A stretch of 58,940 bases of DNA, counting the filler, from Sphacelaria rigidula (taxonomy: Eukaryota), in NCBI GenBank assembly GCA_964200075.2. It is 4 parts of 4 records of this genome, joined end to end, with 100 filler letters (N's around TTAATTAATTAA, not from the genome) between each part and the next. Parts side by side here need not be neighbours in the genome. Positions count along the whole stretch, not along the records: positions 14,762 to 29,422 come from CAXNAA020002113.1; positions 29,523 to 44,181 come from CAXNAA020002114.1; 2 more parts are not named here. The stretch is one strand, 5' to 3'. The notes below the pieces were generated by a model. The model was not told where the DNA came from and ran no database searches. It saw only the letters and a list, made by a program, of their open reading frames with translations. Below are positions 24,796-36,262 of the stretch, one piece after another (position 1 is the first letter of the stretch; each line of letters starts with the position of its first letter). The translations under genes and the position numbers were made by a program.

Positions 24796-25120
24796 ATGGT
24801 GTGCTGTCGAATTCATCTTGCGTTGCCGGCATTTCTGAGTGCCACCCGGAGCACATCGGCATACGCAACAAAAACAAAAATACCTGCGCACATTCTACCA
24901 GCAACGTCATCTTCACGAGGGCAGAGGTTCGTTCACCATCAGGGAGCAACCACGACAGTCCGCAAGCCGGTATCAACAGCATCAAGCAGTATGACTGCAG
25001 AAAACGAGTTCACGTCTTCGCTATATGACTGGGAGGGCCAATGGTCCAAGGGTGTCGGTAGAGGAGACATGTGGGATACTGGCGTAGCGTCGCCTGCCCT
25101 CCAGGATTTGCTCGCGAAAG
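24796..25120 (+). CDS. First exon of a SAM-dependent thiol/halide methyltransferase (TPMT / HOL-like), with a probable organellar transit peptide
   Basis: YDWEGQWSKGVGRGDMWDTGVASPALQDLLAKG fits the family N-terminal W...W..G...WD.G..sP.L motif. It is preceded by ~65 aa rich in S/T/A/R/K with no acidic residues. Donor AAAG|GTGTGA follows 25120. The SAM-binding exon (LVPGCG.G) was not found in this contig. Confidence 0.7.
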
Positions 25121-25781
25121 GTGTGAAAGCGACCGTTGTTGGTAGACATGATGCGACAGCATCCGGCCGAACGTTGAAAGTTGTACAGGATACAGGATCA
25201 GTGCGTTACTGTTTTGCTTCGAAATTCACTTTGCAGAAGGCCGTTCGATACATGCGAAAACACTGGACACGTCGAATTCTGTGCACGATCTCCCATTTTA
25301 GAGGAAGTGTAACTTGATAGCAGCACCTCTCGGGTGGGTTAGTTGTGTTTACAGTCAGTATACGTAGGGCACTTCGATAGTTTCGAGTGATGGATGGGAT
25401 ATCACCCCGCAAAAAAAAGTGCCCCAACATCACGTTTGCAAAAGTAATTTCCAGGGATTTGTACGGAGGGCAATCCGCTCCGCGATGCGCATTTTGTTTT
25501 CAAACCTCACGGAGGGGAGCGGATATCCGGATGTGCGAAAAAATACGGATTAGGTCGGAGCGGATACCCGCGAGTGAAAATATCACGGATTATTGCGGAG
25601 CAGATATCCGGCCTTGATTATGTCACGGAGCGGAGCGGATATCTGCTAGGGGGGAAAATCATGGATTGTCACGGAGCGGATATTCACCCGGTACCAAAGC
25701 ACGGGTTATCAGCTTTAAAATAAGTTGAAAATAAAAAATGAGAATGTCGAGCTGATGAAACTGGTATTATTACTTCATTAA

Positions 25782-27565
25782 CCCCTTTGGGGCCGACCCT
25801 CCACTAACACGGGGTTGACCATGTGTTACTGAAATAATAAAAAATAAGTCAGGGAGTGACCTGCCCAATCACGGCGAGGTGAAGTTTATCAACCAGACCC
25901 AGACGACCAGCGCGGGGACTGTTGCCGAGTGTGATGTCACTACAAAGATCGTGTGCGGCCCTATCCCTGGACCATAAAAGCCTTCCCAGGTTTCCAAAGC
26001 CAGGATGCTCGGAGCATGGCTTATCGTATTGCGTGCCCGGGATTTCCCGAGAGTTTTTTGGTGTTCCCAGCCTATACTAAAACGTACCAGTCTGACCGGA
26101 AATGTAAAGCCGATTTCCACATCGGGGAATATAAGACCGTCTTACTGTAGACATACAAGTGTGAGCGACGTCCCTGGTCTTCTAGAAGCTTGAAAATGTG
26201 TCCACATGGTGTTGGGGGGAGGAAGCAAAAAAATATGTGTCAGGGTGACCACGGGACACGAGGAAACCATCCCCGGATTTCCGCTGCTCATGGTGGAAAA
26301 CTGGTCCGGTGCTTTCAGAATTGCCAGACGTGGAATTGCTCTGGTACCTGTTCCACGAACATGAAACAGCATGCATATGCGGTGGGAAGAAGAGTAGGGG
26401 ATGGAACCATGTTTCTCGGGGTGACTCGGGGATGATATTATGTCATCTCCGGGTTTCCGATGCAGCGAGCTCAGGCGGAGGGAAAGTCCAGATATTCATT
26501 CATTCACCGATGTTGCTGCCACTGAGAAGCTCATCTATAACAGCCCTTCGATCGTGTGCGTTGAGATTCTTTCTCTGTGGTGTCTCAGCAGCACTCTCAG
26601 TCCGAGACATGTCCCTTTACCCTGTGGGAAGGTCTCTCCTAACCACTTTGCAAGCAACGAGCTCTGTGCATTGCTGCTGTGTGCTGCTGTCTACGCGCGG
26701 GACTGTAATTTTCTTGAAAACAGCCGTTGGAGTTTCCAGACCACAGCGACGTAAATACGCCAAGAAAATGTAAAAAAAATCGACCCACAGAAGGAGTTAT
26801 GCCGCAAAATGTGGAAATCGGCCTCATGTTTTCGGTCAGGCTGGTAGTAGTTGCACCAACACAGGGTGGAGTGGGGAAAACCGGGAAGGAGTGTACATGC
26901 TGCCATGTGGTCAATTTCACGAGGCACTAAACCCAAGTAGGTCGTGGAAAGACAAAAGGGGCCACCGTCAAGAATTCTGCCTATCCCTCTGCCGATGCCT
27001 TGCAATGTGCAGTCAACATGTATGTAGTGAGCCGGAATGAAGAAGCGGTATTTGGGCAGTTGATCTCGGTAGCTGAGAGATACCCAGAATGTGCAAGGGA
27101 GTATGCAGCGGCAGCTGCTGCTGCAGTCGGAGAGGCGTACTGAATTGTACTGTACTGTATGTTTGCGCCGCAAGGCTCATACCCTTCGAAGAGAATTTGC
27201 CGCTTGCAACGAAGAGGGAAGGAGGGAAATGGCGGCCCACCCCGACCACAAAGGACTTTGTGGCAAGGTGATGGGAACAATAATATCATCCAAAACCACA
27301 AGTGGCGGGCGGCCCGCCGGTCGCCGCCTCCTGTTTAATCCTCTCTACGGCGACCCATTCTGCTTGCTACATCAGATGTGCATTTCCTAATGCGCACCCT
27401 ACACCTGAAAAAAAGACTGGATGTAACTTCCGGTCTTTCTAATAACCTTGTGGTTACATACAGTACGTGGATTTCAGCAACATGAAGCCACTGTTTCGTG
27501 CAGACGCCAGACACGTCATTCCTAACCAGCCTCATTGGTCGTTCTGGAGGCCCGATCCCAAAGGG
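25782..27565 (-). mobile_element. Non-autonomous piggyBac-like TIR element (longer copy, 1784 bp)
   Basis: TTAA|CCCCTTTGGGGCCGACCCTCCA ... TGGAGGCCCGATCCCAAAGGG|TTGA; ~25782-26060 and ~26850-27565 are reverse-complement homologues of 6240-6535 and 5491-6200. Confidence 0.8.
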
Positions 27566-28939
27566 TTGATTGGTAAACTTACTTTCATTGATTAAGACTT
27601 ATTAGAAAATCTTAATGCCGTTAATACATCTATCGAAAATAATAAGTCTTCCGGTGAAAAAGGTCCATATTTCAAAGCTTCCCATATTGATAGCAATCAC
27701 ATGGAACCGTCGATTGAGCTTGATACAATTTATTACGGAGCGGATGTCCGTCGCACGGATTTTTTCACGGAGTGCATTGTCCCCCTCCGTGGAACGAACC
27801 ACACAAACCGCGGCATTTCCCCACGGTCCACCGTGGCACAAATCCGTCAAATGAGACGGGCATCCGCGAAAGTTGTATGTATATCCCCGGAAAAATACAG
27901 TACCAAGAAGTACTAAAGGGGTCGTTTTGCTGGTACTTCCAGATACTGGACATTGCGAGCAGCGTGTAAAATGGTGAAGGAGGTGGTCCAAGTTTCGGAC
28001 AAGGGGGAAGGCGGATAAAATGTTGCACATAAAACGTCGCGTCCCTGGAGAAAAAGATGAAAAATCAAATGAGAATACCGAATATTAGAAATTTTATTAT
28101 CACCCCTACTACAGCACAGGGTGTCGGGGGGCTGTGCAGCAGACGTGCAACAGCATCAGCGCCTGACCCAGGACTAAGGCTCTACATCACAAGAAGAAGC
28201 ATGGAATGCATTCCTCAAGAATGACGGCAACAGTGGTCCAGCAGTTTTCATCCTAAAAAGACGATTTTCGTATTTGTTTTTCGTAGTCGGGGATATTCAC
28301 AAGTGTTTTCGCGTTTAACCGCTCACCCCCGTGAAAGTTTGATCCCAAAGTTTGGGTATCAGGAGATACTAGGCATCCCCTCCACATTCTGAGAAAAGAT
28401 GACATCTGCGCTCACTATTGAACGACTTACGGGTTGACCGGTTTTCGGGGGTCCTGAGACTACCCGGGCCCAGGTGCTGACCCTTGAGCATTTTTGCTCG
28501 ATTGGAGCAATCCCAATCGTTATCGTGAACAAAAGAAAATGAGTGCTTTCTTATTTTCCCCTTTTTATTGTGCAAGGGCTGAAACAACTGTTTTTTCGAC
28601 CAGTGACGGTCGATAACACCCCCTGATGACCGAGGTACTTACTTCCTATCACCCCGACAACCCCAATTGAGGATTGTGTTGTCAATACGACCTGCTTCTC
28701 TCAATATTTATCAACGCTAGGACTTTCAAGGGCCCAGGACAGATACTACACGAGGAAATTCAGAATAGTATCCCAAAACGAAATTGCCCAACCAAGCTCT
28801 GCACGGCAGGCTAGGGTGAACCAATTCCGATCACTCCCATGAATGACTTCGCCGACACTTGTTTTTCTATTTTCATCTGTTCATTACTCCAGAGTCGAGT
28901 TCATGTGTTTTGGACCAAAAACGGTCAATTTTTCCAGAA

Positions 28940-29240
28940 CAATATTTTGTATACTTCGAATTCCAAGTTATCCGGCATTTGGAACCATTTCGTCCGTGGA
29001 ATTTCGTGGCTAAATAGGGGTTTGATCTGAGTTATGCTACAGAGAACGCATGGATGAAGTTCGGAGGGCAGAATTTCAGAACCGTATCGGCAATTTTTTT
29101 TCCGAGAACGATACTTTTTATACTTTGAATACTCAGTTATTCGGCATTCGAAGCATTTTCGTCCGTGGAAAATCCATGGCTTTCCGGGAGTTCGATCCGT
29201 ACGTTATGCTACGGAGAACGCACGGATGAAGTACGGAGTG
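28940..29240 (+). repeat. Diverged tandem duplication, period ~170 bp
   Basis: TATACTTxGAAT...GTTATxCGGCATT...TTCGTCCGTGGAA...GTTATGCTACxGAGAACGCAxGGATGAAGTxCGGAG occurs twice. Confidence 0.75.
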
Positions 29241-29422
29241 GGTGAAACCGCTCCGCAGAACGATCGCGTTTCACGGTTCCAACCGTGCGGCTGTACTCCA
29301 TATGGAGCGGAGCGTTTTTTTCAATTGTCGCGGAGCGGATATCCGTACATTAGGAATTATTATTATTTTATTCGTCCCATTAGCTCGATCTCTCGAACCC
29401 GTGGTCACAGAGTGCAAGGAGC

Positions 29423-29522
29423 NNNNNNNNNNNNNNNNNNNNNNNNNNNNNNNNNNNNNNNNNNNNTTAATTAATTAANNNNNNNNNNNNNNNNNNNNNN
29501 NNNNNNNNNNNNNNNNNNNNNN
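29423..29522. other. Artificial contig spacer (N44-TTAATTAATTAA-N44)
   Basis: Same 100-nt structure; linker at 29467-29478. Confidence 0.97.
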
Positions 29523-29760
29523 CACCGTGTTGAACGGTCAACCGAGGAGAGTAATTCATACATCACAACTGCTATCCCACATCATATCCTCACATAAGAC
29601 CAAACCTTCGTGACCGGCACCTGCGATCCCAACACTACATACATATAGTCTATACCATACGACGCGTTGAAGAGCATGGCTCCGCAGCCTCTATTTCCAA
29701 CACATCCGTGATATCCATCTGGGATGTGGATATCCGTCTAGGATATCTATCCCACAACCA

Positions 29761-29950
29761 TTAATGACTGTGATTATCGCACATGATCTGATTCCCAACG
29801 GACCCAGCCGTGGTCACAAGATGGACGTATCCAAGGCGAACAAAGCGGGAACGTTCTCTAGAGAAGAAGAAAAGTGGGGGGTGAAACAGACAAACCGTAT
29901 ACACTGAAGAACGACAAAAAAATATATAGAAAGCGCAAAGAGGCGAAGAA
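29761..29950 (-). repeat. Retroelement 3-prime end motif with upstream pyrimidine tract
   Basis: The reverse complement reads ACGTCCATCTTGTGACCACGGCTGGGTCCGTTGGGAATCAGATCATGTGCGA, matching the + copy at ~36924-36975. Confidence 0.7.
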
Positions 29951-30602
29951 GAGCTAGGATGTGTATGCATATAAATGGTGATGAAGTAGAGCTATAAACC
30001 AGGAATGGCAGGCCCCTGTAGCATGGCTTCAGGTGAAGAAAGCCTTTTGCAAGCAAGGAACCCCCCCCCTCCCCCCCCCGAAAGGCCGTCAAAAAAAGCC
30101 GTGGGAGCGAATCGCGGCCCAGCTATCTCGGTCAGACCTTCAGGGTATGAGCTCATACCCATGGGCCCCTCTGAAGCAAGGCGCCGAACTCCTACATGTG
30201 CAACACTGGCAAAACGGGAAAAGCGAGACAGACAGACAGAGAGTGGAGAACAAGGAACCTACGCGAGTGGTTGAACCCGAGGACACAGAACACCGGGTAC
30301 AACATCATAACTAGAGAAGACCGCAAGACCACAGGCCAAGTCAAAGGTCAACAACCGATGAGAGAAGACAAAGGTATATCAGTTTCCGTGTTGACCGAGC
30401 TCCCCACTCTCACCCTTTGTGGGGTACAAAGCGGGATACTCCCTTGATAATTTCTTCACTTGATGCCTCGCGATGAATGTCCATGTCCCAGATGTATATC
30501 CCAGATGTATATCGACATCCGAGAAGAATATCCGAGATGTATCTGATATCCTAGACGACTGTATCATATGTACGTTCATATCCTAGCCGGATATCCATCT
30601 CT

Positions 30603-30949
30603 CTGTGTGTGTTGTCGTCCCGTTTATTCTGGACGCCGGTCTACACCTTTCGGTATATGTGGGCGCGCCAGCCGGGGTCACACAGGAGGAAGGTCAACAC
30701 AGGAGTCTTTTTTTTCTTGTATGTTCTAATTCTCCACCTTCAATTTGCGGTGCTTGCCTTGATTTTATATCGCGAGAGAGCTTCAGCAAGCCCTCGACCA
30801 TTCAGTCGAATTTCGTGTACCCCCGACATGGTCGCTCTCCCCTGTTGGTCACCGTGTGAGAGAAAGTCCCAAATTGCTCCAAGATTCGAACCCTCGACTC
30901 AACTGTCAGTAGATTTCGACATTACCAACTGAGCCACCGGGGCGACCGG
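30603..30949 (-). mobile_element. tRNA-derived SINE with (CA)n tail
   Basis: Minus strand starts CCGGTCGCCCCGGTGGCTCAGTTGG (Pol III A box) ... GAGGGTTCGAATC (B box), then ~250 nt of non-tRNA body ending GGGACGACAACACACA. Confidence 0.85.
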
Positions 30950-31420
30950 GTATCCACTGGGGCGACCGGGTGTCCATCTGGGATGTGATATCTCACATGA
31001 GCGTCTATCTAGGATACTCATATATCTCAGATGTAAGTTGCGCGATGATGCAGGACCGTGCCCCTCCCAGGGGTTCATGTGAAACGTCCACAAAAAAGCA
31101 ATGCCGTGGTAGCAGGTTGCAACTCTGCAATCCGGGGACCGCGCTCTTTGGGCGGAAGTTCTCACCCGCCAGCTCTGCCGGAGGGACACAGACACAAGGG
31201 CGGTTCAGAGAAAGACGAGAAGACACAGAGGAAAAGAAATAATAGTGAAAATGGAGACGGCAGCATGGGAGGGAATGGTAAGAAAAGTGAACAACACATG
31301 AAACCTAGGTACAAAACAGAGCATGTGCAGGAAGCACAGCAAGGGGCCATCGCTAGAGGTGAAAGCCAAGGAAAGAGGTAAAGAACGGAGAAAATAGGAC
31401 AGGGTAGCTCGTAAGCTATT

Positions 31421-33391
31421 CGACCTGTGAAAACTTCAGTGTAGCAACGACTCTACCCACTGCTTTTCTCTACTGTCCGTATCACAGTTAAGTATCTACC
31501 GTCGTTGTTTCATTTTTCCGCCTCCAAGCCCTGCCCGATGCGGAGCCTTCGGACAACCAATCTTGGGTGCAAACTTATTGGCCGAGTGCGACTTTGGGGA
31601 GCTGCTTGGTGCTCTGTGCGCGCGTCCGTTTGCTTTTCGGGACTACGCCACCGTATTTGTCTTGCCGCTGAATGACTTTCGGTCGATAGCATAGACCGCG
31701 ATGAATGTAGTGTAAGATACGTTTTCTCAAAGTTTGCCCTACGCGGCCAATGAAACGCCGATACCGTTCCCGTCGTATCGGACGTATGGAAAAGTGTTGA
31801 ACAAGGTGGGGTGTGATACGTGCCGTCTGTAGCGAGAAACCTTGTGTCGAAGCTGCTGTTTTTAAGTGCATATGATGGGTTTCGAAGCTTGTCAAAGCAG
31901 AACTTTCACGCAGGGAGGGGGTGGGGGCCGGTTTACGGGGGGACGAAAACTTTGTATACTCATGAAAGTGAAATAAAATACAATATCGAACACCTGCGCA
32001 CCGTAGCCTTTCATCTTTCTAGTTGTCCCGTACGGTACTGTACTACATTACGTTCCATTTCCAACACCCCGCTGCCGCCCTGATTTAATTTGTTTTCAGC
32101 CGCGGGTAAGGTTGAAGAGCCACAAGCCGCTGAAACTTGTCTTGTTGTTCATTACCGGACTTTTCGACATCTCTCTGCCCTGTGTTACGGTATTTGGAGG
32201 GACGGGTTTTGAGGAATACCAGTTGTTCTGTCGGACGGATGTGAACGAAAAATATGCTCGTACAGTAACGGATTTCGGATATAACCCGTGGATGATTCCG
32301 TCTGCTTACGGTGCATTCGAGATTTGGACATTGAGTTTTCATCGTTCCGCAGAGCATTAAATGGTGCGGGTCAGTTGTAGGAGGCCAATCGGTCAGGATC
32401 TACACCGGACTTTCATAGTATTGATTGTTTTGGGTATACCACCAGGCATGTTTTTGTTCCATTTCTGGTTCTAGGTGTGGCAGAAGGCAATAGGCGTGAG
32501 ATGTGTCTTTCAAAGATGGGTTGAGGCTACCGCCCTCCCTCACTCTGGTTTCGGACCTAGGCAGCGATCTTTGAACAACTTTTCGTGCCCCTATGGGCTA
32601 TCGGAGTCCCTGCTGGGGAGCCTCTGCATGTGCTCGAAGGCTTACTCGTTCGTATTGTTCAAGATGATTGATTTCTCCCACCGCCAGAGATCAACTTTGG
32701 CTCTGTTCGCATGCACTATGAGACGTGTGTTTGAAGAAAGCACAGCACGACTCAAGCCAATGCTTTTGTGTGGGACCAGGACTCTTATTTCGAGATTCTT
32801 GTGAGCCTCTTTTGAGGGCAAAACCCTTTCCTTGAATCACTTCGTTTCACAACTAAAAATCGGGATCTGCTTGGGCTGAAAAACACAACCCCTTGGGAAA
32901 CGCTCTGCCTGAAAACAAGTAGTGTATCACGACCTTTGTTTCGCCAACACACCAGTCATACGACACAGTACGACCGGTGCTAGGTGATTACACATATATT
33001 GAAGGACTTGACGCAAAAAAACAGCAACAGGCTGCTTCAGGGTGATTGCCCATAATGGATTCTTCATTAAATACAGTTCACAAAACTGACCCAACAATGG
33101 AGTTGTATTTGATATCATGATGACCACCACGAGCAAGCGAAAGATGTGACATTATTACAGCTCTTTCTCTTGCTCCCTCTGCTGTGGCGCTGGTAGTGCA
33201 AATGTTTCTCGGCCATCCAGGGGGGCTTCAAATTGTTCTGAAATTGAATATGCGATTTCCCAACTCAATTTGTACCCAGCCTTATCACCAATCAAGTCCA
33301 AGGGATGTCTGCACGAAGTTTCGGTGCGTATCTCGAAAAATTGATCCCAAACGGTCGATGTGAGCTCACGCGCACAAAGCATCGGTAGCAT
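31421..33391 (-). pseudogene. Putative decayed Fanzor1/TnpB-like RuvC nuclease remnant
   Basis: Colinear minus-strand motifs: VWDQFFEIRTETSCRH...YSISEQFEAP (~33350-33225), KV-GVDPD (RuvC-I G.DPG-like, 32406-32392), HFSIRPIRRERYRRFIGR (~31796-31743), VALG/NKFAPKIGCPKAPH (~31592-31538), VV...E..SQV (RuvC-II-like, 31451-31421). Frameshifted, and truncated at both ends by other repeats. Confidence 0.45.
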
Positions 33392-33412
33392 ACCACAGGT
33401 TGGTTCACGCCT

Positions 33413-33520
33413 ATCACCCCAAAAGCACTCATCGGCAAAATCTCACGTCGGGTTAAGGCGTTAGACCCTGAAACTTTGCACAGATGTCGTATGGGGCATC
33501 ACGCAACTTTCGAAGGTTGC
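33413..33520 (+). repeat. Fragment (one arm) of the foldback MITE family seen at 43391-43665
   Basis: ATCGGCAAAAxCTCACGxCG...TAAGGxGTTAGACCCTGAAA...CACAGATG...ACGCAACTTTCGA is shared with 43363-43463. Confidence 0.75.
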
Positions 33521-33749
33521 GTTGTTCTTTTTTACTCTTTTACTCATTTCACCGTTTCTTGCAGTTGCTTTCGAATGTTGTCACATTATGCACTCCCGCC
33601 CCGCCCCCCCCCCAACGTGGGGGGGAGGTATGGGGGGGTAGGGAAAACCTCATGAATCACCCGTTCGAAAACAGTGTGACTCCTCAAGTATCCGACCGTT
33701 GGCTCTCACCTGGAGATTGCGCTGAGCGCAATCGCGCCAGCCTGGCTCT

Positions 33750-34002
33750 GTCTTCTTGTCTCTTGTATTCCCTATTTTTTACGTTATATTATTTTTTTTT
33801 TCCCTTTCTCTCATTTTTCTCTCATTTTTCTTTCATTTTTTTCATGTTTCTCCTTTTTGTTTCTGATTACGAGCTGGAGTGTTGCAATCAGCTACGTAAT
33901 GCACGATCATCATATTTTTTGTATTTGTTCGTGCTTGTGTTTGTCTTTGTGTTTGTCGTTATTTTGTTGTTACTGCTGTTGTTTGTTCCTGTTATTGGTT
34001 GC

Positions 34003-34034
<32 letters not shown>

Positions 34035-34205
34035 TTTGTTGTTGTTTTTTTGTTGTTATCGCTGCCCCCTTTCTTTCCTTTCTGATGCCGTTGTTTCTGT
34101 CGTTTTTCTGTTCCTTCCTTTTTTATTGCATTTTTTATCATTCTGTTCTATTTTTGCTGCTCCTGACCACGGGCTGGATTGTTGCAATCAGCTAATGTGA
34201 GATAG

Positions 34206-34238
<33 letters not shown>
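33750..34238 (+). repeat. Pyrimidine tract, (GTT)n microsatellite and two retroelement 3-prime ends, the second with a (CAAT)n tail
   Basis: GCTGGAxTGTTGCAATCAGCTA at ~33872 and ~34172; (GTT)n at ~34002-34033; (CAAT)8 at ~34207-34238. Confidence 0.8.
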
Positions 34239-34239
<1 letters not shown>

Positions 34240-35493
34240 TGCTCTCACGGCCTTTTTTCGTTCCTCTCTAGTATCCGTGCTTGTGCTTGCCTACGAACGA
34301 CCGTTTTTACCTGAAGCCATGCTACAGAGGCATGCTATTTCTGATTTATAGCTCTACGGTAGATTGCCCTGTGCTTCCAACTTGAATTTATTTCGATGTT
34401 TGTCACGTTGCGGTCTCGGATTTCGGCGGTGAAACCGGAGTGGTCTGTGCTGGGCCCTTCAACTCCAAAATGGAGTCCTGCCCGTAACTCATCTTGTATT
34501 TACACGAGGTATCTACCTCCTTACGGTAGGTAGTGGAGGGACTGGTGGACTCGTTTCAGTACTAAAACGCTCAGTATCATAATGTAAATGCTTTGTCTTG
34601 TGTCTCGTTCGAATCACGTGCTTCATGCTAATAATTAAAATGCCTGTACCGGAGTATGGTTGCGTCCTTGCATTCCTTGACTAAAACTGCGCTTTCCGCG
34701 CCTCGAATATACTTCACACTTCATGATAACCAGCGCATGTTTGTTGCTTTTGTATCATGCATATCCGTTTTTTGAACTGGTACTGTATTCTATTTGGTAC
34801 AACACGCAGCATGCGGCAGTACTAGATCGAAAAAAGCTGGTTCGCCACACCTCCAAGTGCAACAAAGATGGGCTCGCTGGCATCCCTTCTGCATGTTTTC
34901 GAATAAAGCGTGATGAAACATGAGGAGCAATACCGTGACGGGCTACCACAGGGGAGTACAACGTTGTAGTGCACAAGAGCGCTGGTGATGTCGGCAACAC
35001 GGAAAATCGCGCACGCGCTACGGGTAGCGCGCGTGCTGCTCGAAAATAACACCCTCCGCGCATTTAATTTAATATAGTGCGTTTTATTTAATTCAATGCA
35101 GACGTTTGTTACCCTATGGGTGTGAAGGCGACACTGCGTACCATCCGCAGCGTGACGCGTTCGGCGGTACTACCTGCTCACTGCACAGCGGCAGGGTGCA
35201 GGGTGACAAAAAACACCGCAGGACGTGACATCCTTAGCCTATGCCTTTCCTGCATTGATTTCGCGTTGTTCTACGCAGTTCGCCACACTATGAATGCAGC
35301 CGCTTGTATCGCGGCCAACGTGTACGCAGGATATCACGCCTCGCTGCGTGCTATATTGATTCGTCACATTTTGTAAAGCTGTCCATGTTGCAGCTACAGC
35401 GTTCATTTTCCCCAGGTGGCGCACGCAGGGGTGAAAGGTCGCCTGCGCCGCTGTAATGGCTGCCCGCATCTTGGGCGAAGCTGTATGGTAAGA

Positions 35494-35578
35494 CAGCCGC
35501 GGCTGGTGCGCCCACATATATCGAAAGGTGGAGATCGGCGTTTAGAATAGATGGGACGACAACACACACACAACACAC
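35494..35578 (+). mobile_element. 5-prime-truncated copy of the tRNA-derived SINE
   Basis: GGCTGGTGCGCCCACATATATCGAAAGGTGGAGATCGGCGTTTAGAATAGATGGGACGACAACACACAC matches the 3-prime end of the SINE at 30603-30680. Confidence 0.8.
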
Positions 35579-35818
35579 TAACTTTGCGCAGTACACTTTC
35601 AGCAACGTGTCCGTACTGACTGTAGATATATTTTGTCCACGGTTGGGTACATTTCTATATATAATGCAGGGTGTGGTACATCTCGACTTGTAATGTAACG
35701 GGGGATCTGGTACGTTTCCACCTGTACAATGTAATATTACTCGATGATATCGATAAAAATTCCGCAACATCTGGGCGAGCTGCAGTTGAGGCAATCGTCG
35801 AAATATTCACCGGCAAAC

Positions 35819-36262
35819 AACACGGGATCTTACTAATTGGGGATGGATCATTTATTGGGGATTAGAAACCCGGAGAATGAAAATCTTCGAATCGATACGA
35901 AATCTTCGAAATTGGGTGCTATTTCTTCACTAACTGATACCTATTGACAACCGCCACACACCACAGGAATTTGAATTTCGATCACCGAAATGTTGGGGTC
36001 CTGAGGGAAAAAACGATTTCGGAACCATTCTGGTGTCCGTTCGGACACCCGAAATTCCCCCAAATTGGTTTTCCACCTAGGACCCCAACATTTCGGTGAT
36101 CGAAATCCAAACTTGTACGGCGTGTAGCAGTTGTCAATAGCTATCAGTAGGTGAAGAAATGGAACCATATTTTGAAGATTTTGTGTGGATACGAAGATTT
36201 TAATCCTCCGCGTTTCTCATACCCAATGAATGATCCATCCCCACTTTGTAAGCTCCCGTGTT
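35819..36262. mobile_element. Foldback MITE, 444 bp, 4-bp TSD AAAC (same family as 19631-20062)
   Basis: Ends AACACGGGATCTTACTAATTGGGGATGG / CCATCCCCACTTTGTAAGCTCCCGTGTT; long inverted arms; AAAC at 35815-35818 and 36263-36266. Confidence 0.88.

Larger units (their letters stand above)
25464..29345. mobile_element. Large non-autonomous TIR element rich in GCGGATATCCG sub-repeats, host of a nested insertion
   Basis: Left TA|CGGA(GGGCA)ATCCGCTCCGCGA and right TCGCGGAGCGGATATCCG|TA are imperfect inverted repeats; many CGGAGCGGATAT motifs lie at 25510-25690, ~27735-27775 and 29300-29345. Confidence 0.5.

Noticed and set aside
30870-30949. tRNA gene on the minus strand
   Set aside because: A and B boxes are present but no convincing acceptor stem; it continues into a repeated body with a (CA)n tail, so it is a SINE head.
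32650-32830. LVPHKSIG peptide as an additional Fanzor motif
   Set aside because: It lies out of the expected order relative to the other motifs, so it was not counted as evidence.
33484-34200. 238-aa hydrophobic, poly-Cys ORF as a membrane protein
   Set aside because: It is the translation of T-rich tracts and a (GTT)n microsatellite.
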